From assembly GCA_963713855.1 (NCBI GenBank), contig OY970209.1, positions 160,001-224,000 on the forward strand: a stretch of DNA of 64,000 nucleotides, written 5' to 3'. Shown piece after piece: positions 47,989 through 58,430 of the stretch (position 1 is the first letter of the stretch; every line of letters starts with the position of its first letter). The DNA comes from an uncultured bacterium. GTDB taxonomy: Bacteria; Babelota; Babeliae; Babelales; Babelaceae. Made by a program: the position numbers and the translations under genes. Under the pieces are notes generated by a model that was given only the letters and a program-made list of their open reading frames with translations, did no database searches and had not been told where the DNA came from.

Positions 47989-49200
47989 CTAGCTTTTCTT
48001 GTAGAGCTTTGCAACAAGTTGACCTGCAAATTGCCAGCTTATGATGTTCCCACGAGTTCTTACTTGATTTGCTTGACCACCGTAGACGACATAGCTATCA
48101 GATGGTTTTGTACCAGATAATTCATTCCACTGGGCGAGGCCTTTAAAAAAATCTAATGAGATAGTTTGAGAAGATTTAATTTCGATAGGATAAAGTTTCG
48201 CTTCAATCTCTAGAATACAATCAACCTCTATCCTCCCATTACTATCGCGCCAAAAATAAATCGGTGGTCGCTTACCGAGGTTATAAAACTGCTTTGCAAA
48301 GTCAGTAATTATAAGGTTTTCAAAAAGAGCTCCTCTAAAGGGACTTTGAGCTAGAATTTTTGAAGACGTTATGCCAAGTAAGCTGCAGGCAACACCGGTA
48401 TCATAAAAATAGAGTTTTGGAGTTTTTGTAAGACGCTTATTAAAATTATTAAAATGCGGCTGTAACACAAATACTACATAGCTTGCCTCTAAAATAGAAA
48501 GCCATCTATGAACAGTTGGCAGGCTTATCCCACACTGCGTGGCTAGATCGGACAAATTTAGTAGCTGCCCGATTCGTCCCGCGCACAAAGACAAAAACTT
48601 TTGAAAAGTTCTCAAATCACCAACGTTAACTAATTGACGAACATCTTTTTCCACGTAACTGTGAATGTATGAAGAAAAAAAATCTTGAAGAGCAAGTTCC
48701 TGATCATAAAGTCGTGGATAGCCTCCTTTTATAACCGCGTCATTGATAAACTCAGGCCTTATCTTGTTTTCTTTAAGCTCATGAAGCGAAAGCGGTAACA
48801 AGGTAAAAATAGCAGTTCTACCGGCCAGTGACTGGGTTATTGCTTGATTCATCAAAAAGTTGTGTGAACCGGTCAAAATGAAATATCCAGCTCGCTTTTT
48901 TGTATCAACTTCAAGCTGTATGTAAGATACAATGCTCGGTACATACTGAAATTCGTCAAGGATAACTCCGTGCTTGTTTTCGTTGTCACTTAAAAATCCT
49001 CGAGGATCGCTCGCAGCAAATTCCCTTATTGCTGGATCCTCAAAGGAAATATAGCTATGTTTTTTAAATACACTCCTGACGAGGGTTGTTTTTCCTGATT
49101 GCCTCGGCCCAAGAACAACAACAACGGGAAATTTTGCACCCCTAACTAAAGAGGCTTTCAAATCTCTTTTAAACATAATAAACCTGTGCTGATTTAACAT
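47989..49200 (-). CDS. AAA+ ATPase with DUF4143 domain (AAA_14)
   Basis: GPRQSGKTT, LDEFQ, LTGS, SLAGR, GGYP, KTPKLYFYDTG, GALFEN and EVD...PIEIK motifs. Confidence 0.93.
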   Translation of the reverse strand: MLNQHRFIMFKRDLKASLVRGAKFPVVVVLGPRQSGKTTLVRSVFKKHSYISFEDPAIREFAASDPRGFLSDNENKHGVILDEFQYVPSIVSYIQLEVDTKKRAGYFILTGSHNFLMNQAITQSLAGRTAIFTLLPLSLHELKENKIRPEFINDAVIKGGYPRLYDQELALQDFFSSYIHSYVEKDVRQLVNVGDLRTFQKFLSLCAGRIGQLLNLSDLATQCGISLPTVHRWLSILEASYVVFVLQPHFNNFNKRLTKTPKLYFYDTGVACSLLGITSSKILAQSPFRGALFENLIITDFAKQFYNLGKRPPIYFWRDSNGRIEVDCILEIEAKLYPIEIKSSQTISLDFFKGLAQWNELSGTKPSDSYVVYGGQANQVRTRGNIISWQFAGQLVAKLYKKS

Positions 49201-49469
49201 TGAATATTAAACTAGCACAAATCTAATCTGAAGAATAGCTTTTTTAAAGCTGCTATCGTTTTATTGAAGATCAACGCTATTAAAAAATCAATAAGATATA
49301 GAAAGCTACTCTTGCTGATTTTCTCGATCTAATACCCTTTTTCAAACACTACTCATAACATTTTTATTAATCGCTTGCTTTATCTAATACCGGTTGTTAA
49401 AGTAAAAAAATATTTCAAGAAACTTCAGCACCCACCTATCTTCCAACAAAATATTGAAGAGAGAAGCAA

Positions 49470-51542
49470 ATGAACAAACTATTTCTTTCGGTGTCCTTTT
49501 TTTATGTTTTAGCTGTTCACTCGTTTGAGACAATAGCATTGACGGTAAGCACAACAGCTGACTCAGGCTTAGGTTCACTGCGTCAAGCAATCCTAGACGC
49601 TAACACTACACCGAACTCTACCATCACTTTTAGTATCGCAAGTGGTCATCAGGTTATTAGTCCTCTTTCGGCGCTTCCGGCAATTTCGGGAGCTGGTACC
49701 GTTATTGATGCAACGAGCCAACCAGGTTTTGTTAACACACCGCTCATAGAAATAAACGGTTCACAAGCAGGCGCAAACGTCATTGGTTTAACAACTCTAG
49801 CTGATAATTGCACTATTAAAAGTGTGATCATTAATAATTTCGCAGGATCGGGCATTCTCATATCAGGAAGTCAAAATGCTATCTTCGGATGCTTTATTGG
49901 TACTGATGCAACTGGAACTTTAGCCCAGCCAAACGAAGGAGACGGCATTGACGTCTTTAACGTTGCGGCAAGCTCTCTTACGGGAACAATTATCGGGTCT
50001 CAGACAAATGGACAAGGAAACCTCGTTTCTGGTAACGCAGGAATCGGTATTAACGTCTTTTCATCTGCACCGACAAGCATCGATAGCACGACAATAGCTG
50101 GCAATGTTGTTGGAACAGATATATCAGGAAACAGCGCTCTTTCTAATGGCGGGGACGGAATTTTTGTCGGCGGATTTTCAGACATTTCAAACACCGTAAT
50201 ACGCGGTAACCTTGTCTCTGGCAATACTACAAGCGGCATCAACCTCAACATAGGAGCAGGCACCCTCGATCAGACGATCATTCAAGGCAATTTGGTTGGC
50301 ACCAATTTAGGAGGGACTGCCGCCATCGGCAATGGTCAAGATAGCGTTCAATTACTGGCAATTCAGACCGGTGTTATTCAAAATACCTTCATTGGTGGCT
50401 CAGGTGCCGGTCAAGGAAACGTTATATCCGGAACACTTAACTCATTTTCAGGAATAGGGGCTGTCACTCAAGACCCGGGATCTGTTATCGTTAATACGAC
50501 TATACAGCAAAACTTGATCGGAACGAATGCTGCTGGCAATGCTCCGTTGCCTAACACCTTCAGAGGTATATTTTTAATAAACACCGCTGGAAGTTTTAGT
50601 GATACAGTTATTGGAGGTGCAGGTATAGCGGGCAACGTTATTTCGGGCAATCATAACGATGGTATCGCCTTAGTAAACGGCGTTACTAAAACTGTTATTC
50701 GAGGAAACCATATAGGAACTGATATAACCAATAAACTCATTTTACCTAACGGAGTCTTTGGCATCGTTATACCTCAAGGAAACGGTATAACAGGCGCCAC
50801 AGACAACACTATTGGTGGAACAATAAACGCACAAGCAAATACCATTAGTTTTAACAAAGCTGCAGGCATCTTCATAACGGGGCCTCTTAACGTTCGCAAT
50901 ACCATTATAAGAGACTCTATTTTTGATAACGGGCAAAGTGGTATTCTCCTTTCCAATGGAGGAAACGCACAGTTACAAGCACCTACTATTAAAAAAGTAG
51001 CTCAGTCCCCTACGGCTTTAACAGTAACCTTTACCACACCATCCTCACCTGCTGGCTCTTTCAGGGTTGAATTTTTTAATACCCTCGTCAATCGTCCAAA
51101 CATAACAGAAGGACAAACATTCTTAAAAGCTCTTGCTTCCGTACCATCAGGAACAACAAGGACTATAACAATACCAGGAAACTTTACGGGTTCAATAAGC
51201 GCCACCGCAACCCAACTTAATAGTCAAGGTGCACCAGGCAACACGTCGGAATTTAGTAGAGGTTTTTCCATCAAAAAGCAAAAGTTGACCGTCGGCCTTA
51301 AACAAAAATCAGAGCCTAAGCCAAGGGAGGCGGAAGTCGTAACAAGTATCGAAGGAGGCGTCGGCTCTTCATTCAGCCTTAAATGGTCTGATGGAAAAAA
51401 ACAGCCCCATGTTGGTAAAACATCAACACGCTTGGTCAAAAAAGGTACAAACAAACTTTCAGTAGTTGCTACCGACCTTACTACCAAAGCTCGGGCTGAG
51501 GACAGTATTAAGCTTAAATTTAAGCACCGCAAAAAGTGCTAA
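49470..51542 (+). CDS. Exported right-handed parallel beta-helix repeat protein (adhesin/surface protein-like)
   Basis: Signal peptide; TADSGLGSLRQAI; about five GN.IGT...G..A..N...GI and GNxISGN repeats; TSEFS motif; basic C-terminal tail. Confidence 0.85.
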   Translation: MNKLFLSVSFFYVLAVHSFETIALTVSTTADSGLGSLRQAILDANTTPNSTITFSIASGHQVISPLSALPAISGAGTVIDATSQPGFVNTPLIEINGSQAGANVIGLTTLADNCTIKSVIINNFAGSGILISGSQNAIFGCFIGTDATGTLAQPNEGDGIDVFNVAASSLTGTIIGSQTNGQGNLVSGNAGIGINVFSSAPTSIDSTTIAGNVVGTDISGNSALSNGGDGIFVGGFSDISNTVIRGNLVSGNTTSGINLNIGAGTLDQTIIQGNLVGTNLGGTAAIGNGQDSVQLLAIQTGVIQNTFIGGSGAGQGNVISGTLNSFSGIGAVTQDPGSVIVNTTIQQNLIGTNAAGNAPLPNTFRGIFLINTAGSFSDTVIGGAGIAGNVISGNHNDGIALVNGVTKTVIRGNHIGTDITNKLILPNGVFGIVIPQGNGITGATDNTIGGTINAQANTISFNKAAGIFITGPLNVRNTIIRDSIFDNGQSGILLSNGGNAQLQAPTIKKVAQSPTALTVTFTTPSSPAGSFRVEFFNTLVNRPNITEGQTFLKALASVPSGTTRTITIPGNFTGSISATATQLNSQGAPGNTSEFSRGFSIKKQKLTVGLKQKSEPKPREAEVVTSIEGGVGSSFSLKWSDGKKQPHVGKTSTRLVKKGTNKLSVVATDLTTKARAEDSIKLKFKHRKKC

Positions 51543-51698
51543 AAAATGTTTTCTTCTCAGCGCGCAAACGTTGAGAAATAAGTCGCTATTTGTTTTACAC
51601 TGCTTTAAGGTGATGCGCTCGAATTCGTACTGCGATGAGCATGCGCGTTTTTAAAATTATCCATCTAGTGCAGGCCAGGTAACTACAATCGTTCCCGT

Positions 51699-53474
51699 TC
51701 AGAGTTCCACCACAAGAAGCGCATATTTTTTCTTATTGAGACTAGAGAGCCAATCAACAACATTTTGATGATTATATTGTTTTGCAATATCAAGAGCTGT
51801 TTCGTTATTGCTAGTTTTGGCGTTAACGTCGGCACCATGGGCTACAAGCCATTGAACAACTTCCAGGCTGCCTCCTGTAGCAGCCAAGTGTATCGGCTGC
51901 CTGCCCTTTTCATCTTGAGCAATGACGCTGGCTCCTTGAGCAACAAGCCATCGAACTACTTCTAGCTTGCCTCCAAAAGCTGCATGGTGTATAGGCTGCC
52001 AGCTACTTCCAGCTTGGCCCTTGACGTTAAAGCCAACGCCATGGGCGACGAGCCATTGAACTAATTCTAGATGACCCGCTGCTGCTGCTACGTGTATAGG
52101 CTGATGGCCTAGATACATTTTAGCGCTGATATCGGCTCCATGATTAACAAGCAATTTAACTACTTCTAAATAGCCTCCCATTGCCGCCCAGTGTATAGGC
52201 TGGCTATCATCACGCCAACGAGCGTTGACGTCGGCTCCACGACTCAAAAGCCATTGAACGAGTACTAGATAGCCTCCGCGAGCTGCCGCATGTATTGGAT
52301 GCCAGCCATGTTCATTTTGAGCATTGACATCAACACCGTGGTCAACAAACCATTCAACTAGCTCTAGATGGTTCCCCGCTGCTGCCTCGTGTATAGCCAG
52401 CCAGCCATCTCTACCCCCAGCGTTAACATCGGCTCCATGGGAAACGAGCCATTCAATTACCGTTAAGTTACCTCTTGAAGCCGCAGTATGAATAGGCCGT
52501 TCGCCATACTTTTGTGATGCGTTAACGTCAGCACCTCGCTCAACAAGCCATTGAATTACTTTTACATGGCCGCAACGAGCTGCCTCGTGTATAGGCTGTT
52601 CGCCATATTTATCTTGAGCATCGACGCTGACTCCATGATTCACAAGCCATCGTAGGTGAGCTAAATTTCCTGAGCGCGCTGCATCAAAAATGGTTATACC
52701 TGGGGGCGGTTTTTCCCCTTCTTCCCTTTTAGTCTCGTCTTCTTCTTGTCTAGTAACTCTCGTTTTTTTTTCTTCCTGAATCCATGGAGTCAATGCAGGC
52801 ATGTCCAAGTGAAGAATGAGGGAATCTAGATGGGACGAGACATCATCTTGCTTCCTTCTTTCTTTTGAAACAGCTGGGTTTCTACTATTACGGGCATTAA
52901 CATTAGCACCATCTTGGGCAGTCTTGGTAAGTTTTTCTGAAGGCGCCATCGTAGGCCTACACCACAAACGCTCAGCTATCCCCATTCCTCTACTTGGCAT
53001 TTGTATAGCCGGTCTATTCAATCCTCTAGGTTCAGTATTATTTCTTAAAGAAATTGACTGTAACAATTCTGCTGTGGCATCTACATGGCATTCCTCCAAG
53101 AAAAACGCCTGCACTTTTTCCTTGCGCTCTTCTAGAGCCAACATAAATGCTGTTCTGCCATCACCTGTTCTAGCGTTTAGGTCAGCTCCATGTTCTAGCA
53201 GTATTTCTACAATTACTGGGTCATTGGTCATTACTCCATGATGTATCGCTTGCCATCCCTGGTCATCGGTCACTGATAGATCTATTTCCGATTGACTGAG
53301 AAGCCTCATAAGTTTTACTATCTCTCCACTTTGTATATAGCCAATAAGGTCTCTTATCTGTGCTTTTTCTTGATGCTCCATACAGTTGGTTGAGATAACA
53401 AAGCAACTGAAAAAGGCGATTAATACTTTATATCTCTTTCCCACGCTTTTTCTCCCTTTAGTTCTTTCGCTCAA
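51699..53474 (-). CDS. Exported ankyrin-repeat protein with two ankyrin blocks separated by a charged linker
   Basis: About ten near-canonical 33-aa repeats (G.QPIH.AA..G.L.VV.WLV.HGADVNA) plus 2-3 N-terminal repeats; hydrophobic leader then CME. Confidence 0.95.
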   Translation of the reverse strand: MSERTKGRKSVGKRYKVLIAFFSCFVISTNCMEHQEKAQIRDLIGYIQSGEIVKLMRLLSQSEIDLSVTDDQGWQAIHHGVMTNDPVIVEILLEHGADLNARTGDGRTAFMLALEERKEKVQAFFLEECHVDATAELLQSISLRNNTEPRGLNRPAIQMPSRGMGIAERLWCRPTMAPSEKLTKTAQDGANVNARNSRNPAVSKERRKQDDVSSHLDSLILHLDMPALTPWIQEEKKTRVTRQEEDETKREEGEKPPPGITIFDAARSGNLAHLRWLVNHGVSVDAQDKYGEQPIHEAARCGHVKVIQWLVERGADVNASQKYGERPIHTAASRGNLTVIEWLVSHGADVNAGGRDGWLAIHEAAAGNHLELVEWFVDHGVDVNAQNEHGWHPIHAAARGGYLVLVQWLLSRGADVNARWRDDSQPIHWAAMGGYLEVVKLLVNHGADISAKMYLGHQPIHVAAAAGHLELVQWLVAHGVGFNVKGQAGSSWQPIHHAAFGGKLEVVRWLVAQGASVIAQDEKGRQPIHLAATGGSLEVVQWLVAHGADVNAKTSNNETALDIAKQYNHQNVVDWLSSLNKKKYALLVVEL

Positions 53475-53813
53475 CGTACCAATAATTTCTCATTTCTCAA
53501 AATGTATGTTACTTATCAACGGTCGTTACGAACAGCGCTATCACCAAACCCCAGCGCTAACCAATTCAGTACTTTCAATTTGAGAAAGACTCGGTTTTCC
53601 GGACTGATTTTCTTTTGATAACTAAGATATTCTGCAAACTTATGTAGTGGCTCATGTTTACCAATATAAGCTATTCTTGTATTTTTTATGAACCCGCTCT
53701 AAGATGGCGGTGTCTTGCATCTTGAGTTTATACGGCGATTAGTATGTGTCAAAATTATCTGCATTATTAGATAGCTTAGGTAGAGATGCAGCGAATAATA
53801 GAAGGAGCTTTTC

Positions 53814-55802
53814 ATGGTGAAATACGGCCATCACATAGGCTTTATTATGTTAGCCAGTTTGACAATGCACCTATCAGGTAAACGGGTGTTGCCTCAGTTT
53901 ACGGGAACATGGTACGACCAAGCAGCGTTAGCAAAGTACGATGCCTGTGGTATTGCTTATTGGAATTATGTCCATCAAGCTAATGATAAAAATGTCATAC
54001 TTGCTGCGCTCTTTCAAGCACTACCTATGTCTGCGCAATGCATTTGGAATACTCCCTATGAAGTTAATGCTGGGGTAAAAATGCCTACAACATTTCCTGG
54101 CAATTTCCCTGATTATAGCCAAATTATAAAGGACCCAGCTCAGCCAAGGGTTCAAACCTCACGCTCGGATTGTATAAATGTTAAGACAAAGGCGATCGAT
54201 AAGTATGCTTTTCTTGAGGTACAGCCGTCATATAGCTGTCCCAAGGATTCGGTGCATACCGGCGGTTTTTGTGCGGCAAACAGCATTTGTACCGCCGACG
54301 TGGTCGGTAGGGATTTGAACTATAAAGGTCTAGGTTGGTTAGGTCACATAGCTCTCGGCTTTCCATCAGGAAACGGAGATGAACAGAACGCTCAGGTACT
54401 TGAAGTTCTTAACCAACATCGCGTCATCAATTTTAATTCTCTCGGCTCGTTTAAAACAATAAGTCCTTATTGGGGAGCTGTTTATGGCCTTGACGATTCT
54501 GGCTTTGTTGATCCTGTCAAAGCTAATAGTGTTATTAAAGCCGGCGTCGATCAAATGCAATTTGAGCCTGAGTATACCATGACAGCGCAGTGGCAAGCAG
54601 GGCACTATAGTCCACAACTTTTCTATGATCGAGTTCAGAATAAGTTTATTACTGAATCAGCCATAGTGCGAGGAATTTTCCGCTGTGATACTTTTGTCAA
54701 CTATTGCTATAAAGTTGGGTTTGGAGTTCAATTACCTAAACCTGATAGATTCCTCGACGTATTACCTCGATCAACATTTAATAGTTTCTCGTTTAAGCAC
54801 GAGACCGCAAGCATGCTTACTGAAGGACGCATAGTAGCAGCTGAAGATTCTATAACCGCAGAATCTCGTGCTTCTAATCACACAGCTCGCTTCATATGGC
54901 AGTCTGCTCAGCAAGCTGATACTTACACTTTCTTAAATGCTATGGACGTTCTCAGTACTTTGGCTTCACACGAGCTCATTCCGGATCTGATCCAAACTTT
55001 CAAAACTGAAAGAAACGCCGAAAAACGAAAGAAGTTGGTAACTGCCATCGTAAAATCTGCGCATGCCCTCAGCCAAGAAGGCACTATACACAATACCCAA
55101 AAGATAGAGGCTATTGTTGATGCTCAAGATTTTGTTTTGAAAGTGCTAGAAACTGAGTCAGATTTTTCAGTACTAGGTCATACCATATATCACACTTTAA
55201 GTATTTTGCCTAAGGATTGGGTACACTACGAGCTGATCTCTCACGCAATGAGTAGATTACAAGAACATCCGGTGATGGAGCATCGCTTGAGTAACGAAAA
55301 GAAATTTTTGATCTTACTCTCAATAGCTTTAGCCAACGATACTATGCAAACACGATTATTGCCAACGCTTCTGTTATCGGCCAAAAGCGATGACGAAAAA
55401 ATAGCTTTTGACACGCAGCTTCTATTTATCCTCAGGCATCTTTTACCATCGACTATAGCGCCGCACGCTCAGGCTATGCTTGGCGACTATCTCAATGGAA
55501 CAAATACCATGAACACTGTCGATCGTACTTTTGCTCTTGCTACTATTTACGGCGAGACCGGCGAGCTTCGTGAAAAAGAGTTAGCCCGTCTTATTGTTCA
55601 CACATCGGATTCACAAGAGCAAGCTGAGCTTATCAATCACCTCGACTTAGGAGTTTTTTCTCATATCTCTAAGACTGATCAAAAGCTTCTTTATAAAAAT
55701 TGCCATGACGGCTTTGTGCAAGCGTATAATACCGACAAAGAATATCTTTTCGGAACCGCAATGATGAAGTTGCATAAGGCAGGAGAGCTTTATCATTCTT
55801 AG
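53814..55802 (+). CDS. Large exported protein with a permuted papain-like (YiiX/YaeF-type NlpC/P60) domain and helical C-terminus
   Basis: Signal peptide; ADVVGRD...GHIAL...VLEV...FRCDTFVNYCY, with His before Cys. Confidence 0.55.
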   Translation: MVKYGHHIGFIMLASLTMHLSGKRVLPQFTGTWYDQAALAKYDACGIAYWNYVHQANDKNVILAALFQALPMSAQCIWNTPYEVNAGVKMPTTFPGNFPDYSQIIKDPAQPRVQTSRSDCINVKTKAIDKYAFLEVQPSYSCPKDSVHTGGFCAANSICTADVVGRDLNYKGLGWLGHIALGFPSGNGDEQNAQVLEVLNQHRVINFNSLGSFKTISPYWGAVYGLDDSGFVDPVKANSVIKAGVDQMQFEPEYTMTAQWQAGHYSPQLFYDRVQNKFITESAIVRGIFRCDTFVNYCYKVGFGVQLPKPDRFLDVLPRSTFNSFSFKHETASMLTEGRIVAAEDSITAESRASNHTARFIWQSAQQADTYTFLNAMDVLSTLASHELIPDLIQTFKTERNAEKRKKLVTAIVKSAHALSQEGTIHNTQKIEAIVDAQDFVLKVLETESDFSVLGHTIYHTLSILPKDWVHYELISHAMSRLQEHPVMEHRLSNEKKFLILLSIALANDTMQTRLLPTLLLSAKSDDEKIAFDTQLLFILRHLLPSTIAPHAQAMLGDYLNGTNTMNTVDRTFALATIYGETGELREKELARLIVHTSDSQEQAELINHLDLGVFSHISKTDQKLLYKNCHDGFVQAYNTDKEYLFGTAMMKLHKAGELYHS

Positions 55803-55859
55803 AAGCCTGAGGACCACCGAAGAAGATGGGGCGATCATCGCTGACACTTGGTCGCCCCT

Positions 55860-56340
55860 AAAATCCCAACGTTTCTTGAAGGTAGAGCCAAATACTATAA
55901 GAATTTCAGTAAACGGTTGATTAAATCACCAAAGTTATTCTTTTATGATACTGGTCTAGCCTCCGATTTACTTGATATTGAAAAGCAACTTAATTCCCAC
56001 TACTTAAGGGGTGGACTTTTTGAGTCTTTCGTTATCTCTGAGCTTTATAAAAGCTTCTATAATGCTGACAAGGTTCCTCACTTTTATTTTTGGCAAGAGC
56101 ACGAGGTTGACTATATTATTGAAAGAGGGCAAGACTTATTCCCTTTGGAAATAAAAGCTGGATTAACAATTACCCCTGATTATTTTAAAGGGCTTAACTA
56201 TTGGAATAATCTCAGAGATGAATCCCAATAAAGGATTTGTAGTGTATGGAGGAACTCAAGATTTATTTAGGTCGCTAGGTAATATAATGAGCTGGCGTAA
56301 TATTTCAAATATTTTGGCAAGAACAAAAGACGAATCCTGA
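55860..56340 (+). pseudogene. 5'-truncated, frameshifted DUF4143 AAA ATPase fragment
   Basis: NFSKRLIKSPKLFFYDTG...GGLFES...EVD...PLEIK matches the C-terminal third of 47989-49200. The tail NPNKGFVVYGG...GNIMSW continues in another frame to TGA at 56340. Confidence 0.85.
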
Positions 56341-56388
56341 ATACGTTTTTACCTGAAAGGTCCTTGGCTAAAGTTCTCGATGGAAAAA

Positions 56389-57144
56389 TTAAACCGAAGT
56401 GGCATTAATAAGAAATAAAGGATGCCAACGTGTATACAGCTCGTCTATCTCAGCCTTGTCTCCTGGCAACACTGAGAAAAAAAGCCGCTCTGTATGAATT
56501 GGAGGCTCCGAATGGATAGCTGAAGCATGCTCATCGCCAACTATAAAAAAAGCACCAAAACCTCGGTTCGGAGATTCAGCCTTAGTGCCATCTAAAAGCT
56601 TGTTGAGTGCAATTTGATTTCGCTCGTTTACAATGAATGTTTCTCTTAATTCCTCAGGTAATCTATAAAAGAGAGTTTGTGGACCTTTTAAAGCCGCGAC
56701 AAATTTGACGGGAAATCCAGAATAAAGAGGATAGTAGTATCCATCTACATGCCAACGGGGTTGATCAAAAGCAGGGCTAGGTACGAAAGAGCGGACACAT
56801 ACCCATGCCGTTTCTTTACCACACGCTTTTGCAACTTTTAGAGCTGTCTCGAGTATTATTTCGGTAACCGTTTGTATGGCGCGCTCATCATCATTACCTA
56901 TGGCACGTAAAAACGCTGGCAACTCATGCTTAAGGACATTTAAATCACCAAACCGGTCATAGCTTTTTTGAGCATCAACTTTTAATGTGCGATCGATAAA
57001 AGAAAGCACATGAGCAGGTATTTCAAGATCAACATATACAAAGCCGTTGCTTGCATTCAGGTTTTGAGGCCCAGAAATCAGTTGGATATTCTGAGCACCA
57101 AGAAAAAAAGAAAATGAGCAGATAAAGACCAATTTATTAAACAT
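56389..57144 (-). CDS. Exported DSBH/2OG-Fe(II)-like protein (DUF1826-like)
   Basis: PRWHVDG, LKGPQT and IHSEPP...RLFFS motifs; signal-like start at ATG 57144 after GGAG. Confidence 0.55.
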   Translation of the reverse strand: MFNKLVFICSFSFFLGAQNIQLISGPQNLNASNGFVYVDLEIPAHVLSFIDRTLKVDAQKSYDRFGDLNVLKHELPAFLRAIGNDDERAIQTVTEIILETALKVAKACGKETAWVCVRSFVPSPAFDQPRWHVDGYYYPLYSGFPVKFVAALKGPQTLFYRLPEELRETFIVNERNQIALNKLLDGTKAESPNRGFGAFFIVGDEHASAIHSEPPIHTERLFFSVLPGDKAEIDELYTRWHPLFLINATSV

Positions 57145-57175
57145 AGCTCCCTCAATGTATTCTAAAGCAAGTTCT

Positions 57176-58363
57176 TTACGCTGATTCACCATCGTCAAAT
57201 ATATCAAAAGTATCAAAGATGCTTTCGTGTTTCCATGTCGGGCTCCAGTTGTGTCTAATAAAGCTTTGAATGGAGACGATAGAGTTATAAAAATTGTCAG
57301 AGTAACTCAAAGACTCACTTAAATACTCATGTGCGGTCTTTATGCGAACTTTGATAGAATTTTTCCCACAAAGAATATAAGCGCGAAGACCGCTATAAAA
57401 CGGATGATTATTGATCTGTTGCAAAAGAATAGGCGCAAGAACGACCACGGGCAACTCAAGCATCTCATGTAACGCGTTTTCCTGAAGCGCGAATAAATTG
57501 TAATGATTAACCGCTTGACCATTCTTATTAACCCATATGCCAACATCTGCACGCTGAAGCTTTGGATTTTCGTGCTTAAACGTTCTCAAATCGATAATTT
57601 CCGACATGTCTGCATAACTTTGACCTTGTGTCGTAACCGAGTCAAGCGTCTGAATCGAGTCACCTTCAGGTGAACGAAAGAGGATGATCGATTTAAACAT
57701 GGGCGACAGAATCGAATCAATCATTTCGACTTGTATGGGGGTACCATATAAACAGAGCTGATCTATCAAAAGATGGCGTTTATAATGCTCTTCAGCCCTC
57801 ATAATGCCAAGCGCCACGTTACCTCCATGACTATAAGCATTGATTCTTAAAAGAGGCTTAACGCCATATTTTTTTTCATATTCGTCTACCCAGTCTGCTA
57901 GAGCCAGATAGAGCTTAAAACTCTCTTCCATGCGATTAAAGGAGTCAAGCATGCCTGACCAGCCAAAAAGAGCATAATAATCTTTCTCCGAAGCAAAACC
58001 TGAAACACGTGCAAGTTCATCATAACCTGCCAGCATGTAGTAGGCCCCAAAACGAGAACGTTCTCGTGAAAGGTTTCCCTTACGAGCAGCTTCAATAAGC
58101 GAAGTAGGAACTTCTCGAAAACCAGGACTCAACATCATATTTTGCTGATAGGTATCAGGGTCATTTCTATCACGTAAGAGGAGCGTTTCATAGTTTCCGC
58201 CCTTTTTTGCGCGCCCATCCCCCCAAAACCATTTCGTATCCACAAACGCTAAACCTGGTTTTACAGTGCCGTGTATAAAAACGGTCAGCGTTGGTGTAGC
58301 CTCAATAAAGCCTGAAGATATGAGAATATACAGAATGAAAAATGGTATTTTTTTTAAAAACAT
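57176..58363 (-). CDS. Exported alpha/beta-hydrolase-fold protein (lipase/esterase-like)
   Basis: Signal peptide; VFIHGT, FGWSG, nucleophile elbow AYSHGGNV, YGTP, GDSIQ.LD and VNH. Confidence 0.75.
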   Translation of the reverse strand: MFLKKIPFFILYILISSGFIEATPTLTVFIHGTVKPGLAFVDTKWFWGDGRAKKGGNYETLLLRDRNDPDTYQQNMMLSPGFREVPTSLIEAARKGNLSRERSRFGAYYMLAGYDELARVSGFASEKDYYALFGWSGMLDSFNRMEESFKLYLALADWVDEYEKKYGVKPLLRINAYSHGGNVALGIMRAEEHYKRHLLIDQLCLYGTPIQVEMIDSILSPMFKSIILFRSPEGDSIQTLDSVTTQGQSYADMSEIIDLRTFKHENPKLQRADVGIWVNKNGQAVNHYNLFALQENALHEMLELPVVVLAPILLQQINNHPFYSGLRAYILCGKNSIKVRIKTAHEYLSESLSYSDNFYNSIVSIQSFIRHNWSPTWKHESIFDTFDIFDDGESA

Positions 58364-58430
58364 GTCTTATCCTCCTTAACATTATTGAGTATAAAGACTT
58401 GCGCAAGGATGTCGAGCCTAAATAGGAGGA

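Noticed and set aside
53480..53810. Possible gene remnant or ncRNA between the ankyrin and papain-like genes
   Set aside because: Only short ORFs and weak stems; no family recognisable.
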